NCBI GenBank assembly: GCA_964252035.1
Contig: OZ176213.1
Strand: one strand, 5' to 3'
Source of the DNA: Podarcis erhardii
Taxonomy: Eukaryota
Length of the DNA: 64,000 bases
Both the position numbers and the translations under genes were made by a program. Shown here piece after piece: positions 41,101-52,922 of the stretch. Position 1 is the first letter of the stretch, and the number at the start of each line of letters is the position of its first letter. A model generated the notes under the pieces. That model was not told where the DNA came from. It saw nothing but the letters and a program-made list of their open reading frames with translations, and made no database searches.

Positions 41101-44100
41101 GCCTATGCCTGCTCTAAAGTCAATATAGTTTGGTTAAAATACAAACACCCCTTCCATCCTTACTGGAGCCTGGGAAGAAGCCTCAGCATCAAGATGGGCC
41201 CTTTAAAGACCCACAAGACCCCTGTAGTGCTCAGGGTGGTCATCCCTATTTACCCAGTGTGACAGCTGGCTGTTATGAATTTTTTTGCAGTTTTTGATTT
41301 CTTCTGCTAGCTTGATTGTTGTCTTAAAAAACACTTTCCTTTGCAATTATAATCAAGTTTTCTGGTGCTTTCTGTTGGTCTTTAAGTAAGATACAACACT
41401 ACAAACCCCAGCAGCAAAATCAAGGGCCTTCCCCTCAGAGAAGTCATGTTCACCTGGGGTGTTAGAGGGTGCCTCTCAAAGCTAACCTCACCAGGTGATC
41501 TACATACAAGCAGAGGGAACTGATTTGGGGCAGCAACACATGTAGCAACTCACTCAAAGCAGCAACAACTGGAGCAGCTCAGTGTGACCTCATGGGACAA
41601 ACTCGGAACATCCAGACAAAGATCTTACTGTGTGGACAGAGCTGGCCTTTGGTAACTCAGATAAGTATTCCCCACTCCCAGCTCTTTGACATCCTCATAG
41701 GCAAAAGTTATTGGGGCTCACTCCTTAACAAACCAAAAGGGCAGGTAAAACTGAATCAAGGCACTGAAATTTATCTGGTGCATGAATTAGGATCTCCACC
41801 CTCTCCTATCTCAGAAATGCCTTACCCTTTTTTTAATCTCCTCTTGCTTTTTCTTCTGCAGTTTTTCCCTCTCTTTTATTTTTTCTGCTATTTTCTTCTT
41901 TTCTGAAACTTTGGGTTCTGCAAACAGGGCACAACATTATTTCCTTCCATTTTATTTTTCAGTGCTAAGGATTCAGAACAAGAAGTGCTACCCACACATC
42001 ATCCATAGGTATCCAATCCCATCTGCAGGAAACATGCATGAGGCTGCCCAAGCCACAACCAGCATCCTCCTGCCCCACAAAAGGAGCAGAGTCCCGCCCC
42101 CTGCCATATTTCTCACCTGTCTTTACATCCGCCTCCTTTTCTTCTTCCTCTTCCTCATCATCCCAATTATCCTAGATGGGGGAAAGAAGAGGTAGGACTG
42201 GTTGTCAGCAATCATGCCCAATGCAGCAGCCCCTGACCCCAACACTAGATCCTTTTTCAAATAATTCAATGCAGTCTTTGGAACCGGAGTGGAGAACTTG
42301 GGACCAGGCTTACCACTGAAGCAGCCAGGTATATTTCCACCACTTCAGATCACTGAGGCCTTATGCAAGGGAAGCTGGCAGAATTATGACTCTGCTCTTT
42401 AAGAGTCTCACTGCTCCCACCCTTAAGAGTTACAGGAACTGAGAGATGGACTCTCAGCTAAGGCCAAGCTCAGCCAGTAGGCTGGCTTCCTTTATGACCC
42501 ACTCAACAGAATATTTTTCCAAGGACAATAGGAAGTTTTCATTGGAAAATGAGAAACATTCCCACACTGTAAAAAGCTATAGAATTTCACCCTGTTTGGA
42601 TACTGTTCCAGGGAGGAGCCCTCAACTGGAGCGCTAAAGCCAGGCATCAGCTGCTTAGCTATTTCCACCAAAGACATCTTAAGACAGCATCCTTGAGCTA
42701 ATATAGCTGCTGCAAGATGGCATCTCTGCATCTTACTGGAGCCAGCTCAGCCGCAGACTCGGGTCCTTCCGGCCTTGAAGAATTGCAACAAAGCATCAGA
42801 CTTAATTGCTAACTCCTAGTAGCACACTTTAATTACCAACCTAAGTGAAAAACAAGAGGGGAGGAACTGGACTTCCCAGTCCAGAGTGCTTTGCTCACCC
42901 AGCAAGTGCCGGAATACAAGAGTTCTGCCTGGAGCTGCAGCTCCAACACATGGCGCATTGGCTCAGCAGTGTCCCTCATAGCACAGCTGGCTCATCTTCC
43001 CTTGCACACTATTCTTTCAGTCTGCAACTGACAAACAATAAAACAAGAACTGCCTTCCCTGCCTGGAAGTTCTTACTTGCTGCAGGCAGCCAAAGAAGTG
43101 GCTATTTACAAACCTGTTTTTGAAACAGTAGCAAGGGAGCCTCCTATTTCCATTCATGGGGAAACTTTTTCAATAATGGACAGCCATGATTTACAAGTAA
43201 CTCATCTCTGCATCCTTGAAAAACTCACTCTCTGTGTGTGGATAGATACCAATTTATCTTTTGCAAATAGCGTTTCTGACAAAATATACAAGTGTCAATA
43301 GATATTTGAAGTATAAGCCAAGGAAACTGAATGTGGCTATTTTTACCCGCAGGGATTATGACACACATCAGGCAGTCACTCATCTCCCACAAGTAAACTA
43401 GTGTGCCTAGCCATATTCTAGGGACAGGCCCTCTGACATCCCACTTCCAGAGTCTAGCTTCTCAGCAGCAACCCTACAAGCAGCCACACCCTCTGCCTGG
43501 CTTGACACACCTCCATGCCCATGACTGATAAGGGCAAGACTGAACATATGGCCCTGCCCCAAGTCCATTTGCTCCCCTGATACAACCATGGCTGGAGCCC
43601 CAGAAAAACAAAACAAATTCATGACAGTTATCCCAGCTCTAAGAATATGATCACTATAGAAATAAACTATATATAAACTATATGCTCATTCTGAAAGAAT
43701 CTGGCAAGGTAGCTGCATCAGAGAAAGCTAACAGAGACCAGAAGAGACTCAAACATGAACCATCAACAGAGTTAATAACTTACATTTAACTTCCATCAGA
43801 GCACCAAAGTTTGTGCCCCAAGATGACAGACATAGACAATGTTACTGTTCTAGGTTGTTTTAAGAGAATCCAAAAATATATTTAAAAACTCTTCCATCAT
43901 TAAGAATTTTAGTACATCCATGATTTTTGTTGGAGACAAATCCAGTAAGAATGGCTTGATCAATAGGAAATATCTCCCTCTCAAACACTGCACCATTCTC
44001 CAGCTTTCTGTTGTTAAGCCCCCTGCTACATCACAGAAAGGTACAGTTGCCTGACAAAGTTTTATTTCATGATTTGCCTTGTCTGCTTTTAAGGGGAAAT

Positions 44101-45419
44101 CTGCAAAACTCAAGAACCTTGCCTGAAAGATACTAAACCTATTTCATGTTCTTAGGTTAACCCGAAGTCCGAACAAGCTTGATTCAAACTACCTATTTCA
44201 CCTGCCTGGGCACCAGTGTAATGTTACCTGGTGTAGGAGATGGTAGCTGCCCCCACCTCTATGCCCTTCCCCTTCATGATCTCACACTCTTTCCAAAACA
44301 TGTAGTAATTAGATACTGACTGGTCAGCGGGCAGCTACAGACGGGTAATCCCACCTGCCTTTCTCTCTGTGGGCTGTGAGCAAGGGAGGCCCCACAGCCT
44401 AAGCCAAGAAACGGACCCAGCCAGCTGCAAGCAAGAGAAGCTCGGACTTGACAACACGAGATCTCAAGTCCATAGAAAAAAAGCGGGGTGCCCTACAAAG
44501 GTGACCCCTACCCATATAGGCCTTGCTGAGATCTCCCTGGGCCCGTTCTCTCCTCCCTCCCCACATACATACAGGCAACGTAAAGCATTTGGCCCTGGCG
44601 GTGCCACATGCCCCAGGGCCAAATCCTGCCCTAGATAAGCAAGTCCCAAAGCAGAGCCCGACACAACCAAGTCCCACGCGGCTTCTCCCGCGGCGGGACC
44701 AACTTCCAGATCGACTAGGAAAACGGCTTCCACGTCCGGGGCTCCCTGGGACGGAGGCGGAAGGGGGCGCCGAGGGGCCGCGCTGGCCGAGCAGCACAGC
44801 AGCCCCGGCACCTGTTGGGCCGCCACATGGCAGAAGCGGAAGCGGCCCAGCAGGCGGTGGCCTGAGCAGCCCCCCCCCCATTACATACAGGATCCTTTCC
44901 TGCTGAGTCATCAGCCCCTTTCCCGAGCCGGAGGGAGACCCAGCTCGACATATGGAGGGCCGCGGAGGAAGGACGGGGAGGCAGATCCAACACGCTCCCC
45001 CCCGCCCTGTTCCCGCTCGGAGGAGAAGACACCCCCCCATCCGCTTCAAAGCCCCCACCCCTGTCGCGGGGGGAGGCAGGGGCGTCTCCATAGCGACCGG
45101 GCCTACAAGGGGCCGGGAGGGGAGAAGCCTCTTGACAGGCCTGAGTGGGGCCCCTTCGCTGCCCACCTTGACGTCGTCGTCCTCGTCCTCGCCGGCCCAT
45201 CGATCCACCACCACCCCGGCCGGCGTGGGTAGGAGCCGCCTGGCCACGGGGTCCGGCGCCTCGAAGGAGTCCACGTCTGTGGCGGGAGAAGGAGGGAAAG
45301 CGGCGTCAGCGGACGGCGCTGGGCCGAGGGGAAGGGGGAGGGAGGGAGGGAGCGAGACGCGCCGCTGGGCCGGACTAGGCCGGGCCGGACTTACCCCAGG
45401 AATCCGCCTCGGCCGCCAT
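37971..45419 (-). CDS. EIF3J: Eukaryotic translation initiation factor 3 subunit J, complete gene span, 8 exons, 253 aa
   Basis: Eight GT-AG exons join to 762 nt: MAAEADSWDVDSF...DNWDDEEEEEKE...KKKKKGVVPGGGLKATMKDDLADYGGYDGGYVQDFEDFM*; matches eIF3j as recalled. Confidence 0.97.
38767..38967. mobile_element. hAT/Charlie-like MITE
   Basis: TIR caggggtcagcaa / ttgccgacccctg; perfect 8-bp TSD acctagag (38759-38766, 38968-38975). Confidence 0.88.
39022..39095 (-). CDS. EIF3J: EIF3J exon 7
   Basis: aatttag|TG EVDDLKKITNSLTVLCSEKQKQEK|gtacgt. Confidence 0.96.
39985..40143 (-). CDS. EIF3J: EIF3J exon 6
   Basis: tctacag|GT VNSTCGIDAMNPSSKDDFTEFGKLL...DVCIS C|gtaagt. Confidence 0.96.
40343..40457 (-). 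CDS. EIF3J: EIF3J exon 5
   Basis: tttcaag|LEESEESKELTPEEQLADKLRLQKLQEEADLELAKETF G|gtaagt. Confidence 0.96.
40975..41111. mobile_element. Near-perfect palindromic hAT-type MITE (137 bp)
   Basis: caggcataggcaaactctgccctccagatgttttgggactacaactcccatcatccct ... agggatgatgggagttgtagtcccaaaaacatctggagggcagagtttgcctatgcctg; perfect TSD ctctaaag on both sides. Confidence 0.92.
41826..41917 (-). CDS. EIF3J: EIF3J exon 4
   Basis: tttgcag|AA PKVSEKKKIAEKIKEREKLQKKKQEEIKKR|gtaagg. Confidence 0.96.
42117..42171 (-). CDS. EIF3J: EIF3J exon 3
   Basis: catctag|DNWDDEEEEEEKEADVKT G|gtgaga. Confidence 0.95.
45167..45276 (-). CDS. EIF3J: EIF3J exon 2
   Basis: gccacag|AC VDSFEAPDPVARR...DRWAGEDEDDDVK|gtgggc. 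Confidence 0.93.
45395..45419 (-). CDS. EIF3J: EIF3J exon 1 (coding part)
   Basis: aagATGGCGGCCGAGGCGGATTCCTGGG|gtaagt (MAAEADSW). Confidence 0.92.
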
Positions 45420-46073
45420 CTTGCCCGCTTGCTCGCTCAGGCCAGTCAGGCCAGCAGGAGGGAGGAGGAGAAGTAGGCGTCAGCCGCGCGGAGGATGCCG
45501 GGATGGAGGAGGCGGAGTGGAGCAATGGGCGGAACTTCCCGCCGACCCGCTCCGCCCCCTGGCAGACCAAGACGGCGACGTTGGGCATAGATTTACTAAA
45601 ATGGTGACTTGACCGCGGGGACCCAACTTCCGGCTCTGTTTAGGCCGGATAGGAGTTGCCGCCTGTTACACGAAAAAGCAGAGGAGGAAGAAGCAGGGAC
45701 TCTGCAGACTCCCGGCCGCCGCCTTGACATTCATTTATTCTACGGGTGAGAAAAACAGCCCCAGACGTCATGGTTGACGCTCTGACAGAATCACGGCGCA
45801 AAAGCGAAAGGGGTTGCGGGGCGGAGATCGGGGAAGCGGAGCAGCCTCAGGCCCTGGCATTCTTGGCATGGCCAGCTTGGGGGAGGCAGAACGGCTTAAG
45901 AGAGGCGGCGGCGGCGGCAAAAGTTGCTGGTAGGGAGGCCCTGCGCTCCAAGTGCAATGTCTGCGGATGGCTGACCCTGGAGGGAGGAGCCCGTGGAGTT
46001 TATTCCATGCGGCCTCTCCCAACTTCCTGCCTTCCAACTTCCAGCAGCCCCCCAGGCTGCGCCACCATGGGGA

Positions 46074-46530
46074 TATCATAGAACTGCAGGGAGTTGCAGT
46101 GGCGTAGCGTGGGTTGTCAGCACCCGGGGCAAGGCAAGTAATTTGCGCCCCCTAACCCTGGATTTGCGCCCCCTAACCCTATCCCTAACCCCCAGATGTT
46201 GCGCCCAGTGCGGCCGGCCCCCCCCCCTGCACCCCCACGCTACGCCACTGGGGAGTTGGAAGGGACCCCAAGAGTCATCTAGTCCAACCCCGCGCAATAC
46301 AAGAATCACAGCTAAAGAATTCCTGACAACCGCTACTTAAAACCCCCCATCAAGGTGAGGCCACCACTTTCTGAGGAAGTCCGTTCCACTGTTCCAACAG
46401 TTCTTACGCTCAGAAAGCTCCTCCTAATGTTTAGTCACAATCTCCTTTCTTGTCATTTGAATTCATTGGTTTGGGTCCCCCACTCTAGAGCAGCAGAAAA
46501 CAAGTTTGCTCAATATTCCATGAGACAGCC
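46074..46530 (-). mobile_element. CR1 LINE 3' fragment interrupted by a MITE
   Basis: atcatagaactgcagggagttg [MITE] gggagttggaagggaccccaagagtcatctagtccaacc...gttccactgttccaacagttcttac...ctcctcctaatgtttag. Confidence 0.75.
46097..46250. mobile_element. hAT-type MITE with CCCTAA motifs
   Basis: 17-bp perfect TIR cagtggcgtagcgtggg / cccacgctacgccactg; perfect 8-bp TSD gggagttg (46089-46096, 46251-46258). Confidence 0.9.
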
Positions 46531-47671
46531 CATAAAATATAAAACACAGTGCACTTACAGAAAATAGAAACACTTCTGCCTGCAGGGATTTGAGCTGGTG
46601 ACCCTGCGGCCTATCTTAGTGTCCTTCACCTTTGCATTACTGCAAGTCTACTGACCTTTCCCAGCTGCTGTCTCCACTTTCAAGGCTTCGAATGCAGAGT
46701 AAAGTTGACTGTTGCTTTTTTCTACTTGAAAACAATGTTTCTGTTACATTAGGCTTTTTTGTAGCCCTACACCATGACTGCCTCTTGTTCGCTGTTATTC
46801 ACTGCTATCCTGAGAGCCTTTTCACACATGACACTGTCAAGACAGATAGTCACCACCCTACCTATTATTTAATTCAATCCCAGCCTCTCATCTTTTGGCA
46901 GAATGGCAGCAAGAGCACCAGTGTGGTGTTTGAACTTGGGACTTAGAATAGCTGGCAGGCAGTGGCAACCATGCCTGGGCAAGTATGCCTGCCTCCTTTA
47001 TTTTTTGCTTTGAACTGCTGTGACTGAAGTGGGAGGTCTCTGAGCCTCAGGACTTTGCAACAGGCAAAATTCCCACCTTTAACTCTAGAGGGCGCCCTGC
47101 CACCACCTTGCTCAGCTCTAATCAGCAGTCAAGACTGAGTTACATCTGGCAGCTCTGAGAATCTGCAGAGGTTTTTAAAGCACTCTAAGCACATGCATGT
47201 TTCAGATTGTGTGATCAATTTTGTAGGAGCCGGACAGGAGACTGCAGAATACATTAGGCCTGCCCTGGATGTTGCAAGCAAAAGGGACAGATAGGCAGTT
47301 AGCAGCCTCCAGGTCGCTGGAAATCAAGATTGGTAGAGCTGGAAGGGAGCCGGAGAGTAATCTAGTCCAACCTTGTTTCTCAAGTGCCTCTGAAAAGCAT
47401 GCCTATAAACAGCGAGAAGCACTTTAGGGAAGTCAATAGCAGGTAGCCTGCCAAATGATCAGCAGCAGCTTTCACCAACCTGGTGCCCTCAAGGTGTTTT
47501 GGACTACAACTCTCATCGGTTTTGCCTGGGCTTTCTCTGCTTTTTGCCATTGGATGGGTTTTGAGATTCTTTGATTCAGCTTGGCTCAGGGCATTTTTTG
47601 CTGACCAGGGGGCTGATGTGAGTTAATGGTCCAAATCATTTGAAGGCACCACTCTAGCAGAGGTTGTGTTA

Positions 47672-48021
47672 AAGGTAAAGGGACCCCTGACCATTAGGTC
47701 CAGTCGTGGCCGACTCTGGAGTTGTGGCGCTCATCTCGCTTTACTGGCCGAGGGAGCTGGCATACAGCTTCCGGGTCATGTGGCTGGCATGACTAAGCCG
47801 CTTCTGGCGAACCAGAGCAGCACACGGAAATGCCGTATACCTTCCCGCCGGAGCGGTACCTATTTATCTACTTGCACTTTGATGTGCTTTCGAACTGCTA
47901 GGTGAGTAGGAGCTGGCACCTTACAACAGGAGCTCGCCCCATTGCGGGGATTTGAACCACTGACCTTCTGATCAGCAAGTCCTAGGCTCTGTGGTTTAAC
48001 CCACAGCACCACCCGCGTCCC
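47672..48021 (-). mobile_element. Sauria SINE, full length
   Basis: Minus strand starts GGGACGCGGGTGGTGCTGTGGGTTAAACC with tRNA-like A/B boxes (GGTTCAAATCCCC) and ends in a (CCTTTA)n tail; 13-bp TSD agaggttgtgtta (47659-47671, 48022-48034). Confidence 0.92.
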
Positions 48022-50677
48022 AGAGGTTGTGTTAGGTTCTAACAAAAAACAAACCCAAGTTTGCCGTCACCACCCCTTTTGTATTTAAAAAGAGTAAATC
48101 TCCTTTGTGTGTGAATTACTTCTAGGAGAAGAAGATAAAGATTTAATTTAACTTAAAGCTGCATTTGTTAGGAAACCTGATGTCTTGAGCATGCTCAAAC
48201 CAAGCACTTGGGAAGTTTTTAGTTTGCGATGCTGTACTGTGTTTTTACTATATTTTGTTGGGAGCTGCCCAGAGTGGTTAGGGCAACCCATATAAGTAAA
48301 TAATAATAGCAGAGATCCACAAACCTATGGAGCTGTACGTAAGATAATAGATCTAATTTTTACTGTTTACAAAGCGCTGCACACCCATTAACTTTAGAAA
48401 AGTTTTGTTAGGATTTCATTCTTTTTTAAAAAGCTGGAGTTGTGGTTAGGTGTTGCCAGATGACTTGCTGCCCCATTTCTGATGTTTACTTGAGTGAGGG
48501 AATTCAATATCCTAAGCCGTTCAGGAAGGAATGTCATTTGCTGCTTAGGGGTTAGTAGTAGGTTTTGCTTTAGGTTTTAAGTTCTTTCTTGCTGTTCACC
48601 TCTAACCCACAAGCCAGTGTCAGCCATATTATGCATGCAAAATCCTTGAAAAAGAAACTTAAAGGAAATGTATAGTAGAAATAACATATTATGCCCTTGT
48701 AATAATTAAACAGTGGGGGTAGTGTCATATATTCTTGTTAAACAGTTTTCATCAGGGAGCTAGAAAAACTGGTGTGTCCCATTACACAGTCCTTCTCAAG
48801 GTAACATTCAGAGTCTCTACGGATCATTTCATTGAAGGGTTCTTTTTTAAATTACTAAGCCATTTGCAAAATGCCTAAATATTGTGATCTGCTTTAGACA
48901 ATCTATGGCTGCTTTCTTATTTTTATTTTAATAGTCTGTATATTTTAATACAGTATGTGATTGGTCGATCATAAACTATATTCATAATTACCTGGTTTTT
49001 TAAAGGCACAAAAAAAATGAACAAATGACTCACATTGAGCATCAGAAACCTGTTTACAAAAGGATGCAAAACATGACAGCCAGTGAATGAAGAATTAAGA
49101 CACTGATCTGAAAGTGCTCAAATCTTCATGAATACAAAGTAGCAGCAGCTTGTTGTGATAGCCAAACCCAGACTAAACCCTGCAAAGTGAAAGTGCTCTT
49201 AAAATAATTATTAGCAGATTAGAACTTGATACGGCTCAATAGCCACACCAAACTGTAGTTGAGGAAGCTTAATTATGGTTTGGGCTGAATTGACCAAGCA
49301 CACTTTGCAGCAATCGGACTCAGACACCATGGCTTGTGCTAACTAGGCCATGGCACAATGTCTGACTTGGCAAACCATAACTACAGCTGTAGCTTTACCT
49401 CCAAGAGAATGGAAACAGGGATTGCTGAGCACATGGAACATAAAAGGAGGCAGCAGCTTTAAGCTGTGTCTGCCTGTCCATTTGGAAAAGAATCATCTGG
49501 TTTGGTGATAGGGCTTTTAAAAATCACATCAAAGATGGGTGCTTTTGCTAAAAAGGGTGGGGGTGACAGATGAGGAAAATCTGAACAACTTTGGAATTTT
49601 CTTTATGCAAGTAGGAATTCAGCTGGAGTAAGTGATGGAATACAAGTTTGTGTCCTTTGCCTTTTTTCAATGATAGTTCTCAAAATGCATTTGGCCTAGA
49701 TGATTTGTTCTCTATAACAAAAGGAAGACCTTCCCATACTACCTTGTTTAGTTATTCCAAATTCAAGAAAAAACAACCCAACCATGCCAAAAGAATGAAA
49801 TCGCAACACCGTATGACATTTACAATAACCATAGTAGCATTTTTACATTTCCACTGAAAAGGGACAATGGGAATTAAAAATCAGACTTGCACCAACTTAC
49901 AAAATGATACTTTAATATGTATTTACAGAGCAGCCTGCAATGGTTGATTTAGCTGTCCTAGGTAGGACTGTAGATTTCCCTACAATTTCTAATAATCGTT
50001 GTTGTAAAAGCTCACATTCTTTCTTCTTTTCTCTTTTCAGTGATCAGACATCACAGAACAGGTAGCTTGGTAATATGCACTGTGTCAGCTTCACGAAAAG
50101 CAGTGGGGTTTGTAATGGGGGAAAAAATGGAAATGCACAAATGCTTCAGAAAGGTACTCTAAAGAAAATGCTGTACAGTTTTTCCTTCAAGTCACCAAAA
50201 AATGTCCAACTATTTATTTGGTGGGGAGGAGGTTCTACTCACTTATTTGTGAACTGCAGAAAATAAAGAATCTCTCTGTGCCTACCTTTCACCGAGGCAA
50301 GTACATTTTGCTCCCATCGCAGCTGCCATTATCGTGCTGCTGTCACCCCACTTTTAGCTGGTGCTTCTATCAAGCTGAAGAAACTCAGCCTGGGCAGGTG
50401 TCCCTGCAAAGCCTCCTTGGTCAACTTCTGTATCCAAGTGTGAACAGAAAGAGTGTGCTTGGGATGCCTCTTCCTAGAGACCACTGGGAAAAACTGCTGT
50501 GGGTTGCTAGCATTGGTAGGAGCAATAAGGGAGTGTTTCTTGGTTATCACTAGATGTATCTTTTCCTTAAAAAAAAAAATATGTGGGAAATTTAAAACTT
50601 AACATTTTCAAAATCAAATGTATCTATATCCCTATTTTTAGCAAAACAGGAAGGGAGTGGTTACAGGGGTCACTTCT

Positions 50678-50824
50678 NNNNNNNNNNNNNNNNNNNNNNN
50701 NNNNNNNNNNNNNNNNNNNNNNNNNNNNNNNNNNNNNNNNNNNNNNNNNNNNNNNNNNNNNNNNNNNNNNNNNNNNNNNNNNNNNNNNNNNNNNNNNNNN
50801 NNNNNNNNNNNNNNNNNNNNNNNN
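50678..50824. other. Assembly gap (147 N)
   Basis: Run of N. Confidence 1.
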
Positions 50825-51295
50825 TTTATTTCAATAAAGACGTTAAGACAAACAGCATAAAGATGTTCAGATGCCCTAAAGATAAATACATTTCAGAGAT
50901 TCTCATTAAAATGAATTTGTATCATTTTCCTGCAAGCAAAATACCTTTAGCATTCTAGATAGCAAATGCCTTTCTTTCTTTCTTTTTCTTTCTGCAGAAA
51001 ATCCACCAAAATTTTGTTTCAAATGAATAATGATTTTCCACAAAGCAGGCTTGCTCTACATGCTTACTTTTTTTTTAACAGTTCAGTGACACAATGTGCT
51101 AGCTACATATACAACAGATAATATAGTAAGAAAACACTCAACCTGATGAAAAGTTAAAATCTTCATTAATACATTGGAAAAAGTTGATATAACTCATGCC
51201 TTTTAAAATCAAAAAATACAAAAATTAAATGTTTTCCTAAAAAGATTTTCCTTATTTTAAGGACTCATTTGAAAATGAAGCTGCGTGTAATTTGT

Positions 51296-51452
51296 NNNNN
51301 NNNNNNNNNNNNNNNNNNNNNNNNNNNNNNNNNNNNNNNNNNNNNNNNNNNNNNNNNNNNNNNNNNNNNNNNNNNNNNNNNNNNNNNNNNNNNNNNNNNN
51401 NNNNNNNNNNNNNNNNNNNNNNNNNNNNNNNNNNNNNNNNNNNNNNNNNNNN
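51296..51452. other. Assembly gap (157 N)
   Basis: Run of N. Confidence 1.
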
Positions 51453-52856
51453 CACCCTTTACACAAAAACAGCCCGAGCCTATGGCATGTCAATGCAGTT
51501 TAGAGGCAAAGCTTACTAACTTTTACAAATTTTTCCCTTCCATAAAAAGCCTCCTAAAAAGGAGATTACACTCCATTAAAAAAATATCAGCCTCTTTGTA
51601 CAAGCTGCATTAGAGAACCAAGGCTTGAAAACCATTTCCATATAGCATAGAAAACCACTCTGATAGCATATCAGCTGCACTGGTGGCAAAGGAGTGTACT
51701 GAACCACAGGGTTATGCACAGTTACTGGGGTGGCCCTGTCCCTGCTAGGCAAGAAGTTTAGCGTTGATTGTAACAAGCTGCATAGCAGAGAGACCAACCC
51801 ACGCAAGACCGTTTCAAATACTGAACTGCTCTCCACAATACTTCATTCTTGGAGGACACTGAAGGCAGAAGTAACTGAATTGCATTAGACCAAGCAAGCT
51901 CTCCCCAAGGACTTGTATTATGCACAGTAGACTCTGAGGTATTGATCCTTGTCCATCAGCCATGTGCACCACCACAATAGATCATCTCTGTCCAGAGTAC
52001 ATGCCATCACAATGGTTTAAATATTCTGAATATTAGTAATTCTTATATTTTTTCTTATCTAGCCAGTCTCTTGATTTTTTTTGAAAAGATTTCCACTACA
52101 GTAGAATATTACAGAAACAAAAAATATATATTTAAACGCAGATTTCTAAATGAAACTTACATGGAATAAAACTAGATATTTTTAAACAAATATACAGTAT
52201 TCAGGCAGTCAAAGCAGGAAAATGGCCATTCAATTGTATAATAAAAAACTAATAAAACTTGGCTATTCCCAGAAAAACTATGAAGCCGCCTCAACTAAAA
52301 GGAATGCATAATGAAATTCTAAACTCTAATACAAGTCAAAAATGTAAGAAGGTTATAAACCTTAACAGGAAAAAAAAAACATTTACTGGCCATTCCTGTT
52401 GAAATGAGAATCTTAAAAGTAACACAAAGTGGCTATAAACCCACTTAGAGAGCACCAAACAGAGAGAAAAGAAAAAGAGTCCATTTTCAATCTCTGTTAT
52501 TTCATAAAATCCTGTGTGTGTGTTTATAGGTCAAACTGCTGGTGGCAGAAACAGAATTCTTTAAAAACGGCAGATGTCCTGTACATAAAAAAAATTATTG
52601 GAGTTGCACTAGTTCTAAAGACGCTTCTGTTCTAGCCTACCTACTGTATGGATTCCATTTGGCGAATATTATTATATAAAGTTCTTCTGTAACCCTTGAT
52701 TATTGTTGGGCACCAGAGATAAGAAAGCGAGACAGGGTACAAAAATGCAAAAATTTCAACAGTAATGGCAATGTTTTTGTTTTAGTCCAAAAAGAAAAGA
52801 AAAAAAAAAGGTCCTGCATTTTCTTCTCCTTCAGCTACCTGGCAAAGCATTGGTGT

Positions 52857-52922
52857 TTAGTCAGGGGGTAGTAAGTCGTGCAAGCGAAATCTGTCTCTGA
52901 TGTGAGGTCGAACATCTTCATT
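52857..52922 (-). CDS. CTDSPL2: CTDSPL2 last coding exon
   Basis: tttttag|[24 protein letters not shown]. Confidence 0.96.
   Translation of the reverse strand, partial: NEDVRPHIRDRFRLHDLLPPD

Larger units (their letters stand above)
44670..46000. promoter_or_regulatory. CpG island / EIF3J promoter
   Basis: GC- and CpG-rich across exons 1-2 and upstream; AAGATGGCGGC (YY1-type) over the ATG; ACTTCCGG ETS-type motif near 45627. Confidence 0.85.

Noticed and set aside
44399-45274. 291-aa minus-strand ORF and overlapping 120-174 aa ORFs
   Set aside because: Only the first 36 codons are EIF3J exon 2; the rest is read-through into a GC-rich intron.
47666-48045. Two near-identical pairs of short ORFs (here and 53530-53948) suggesting a duplicated gene or tRNA
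   Set aside because: Both are Sauria SINE copies with TSDs; the tRNA-like boxes belong to the SINE head.
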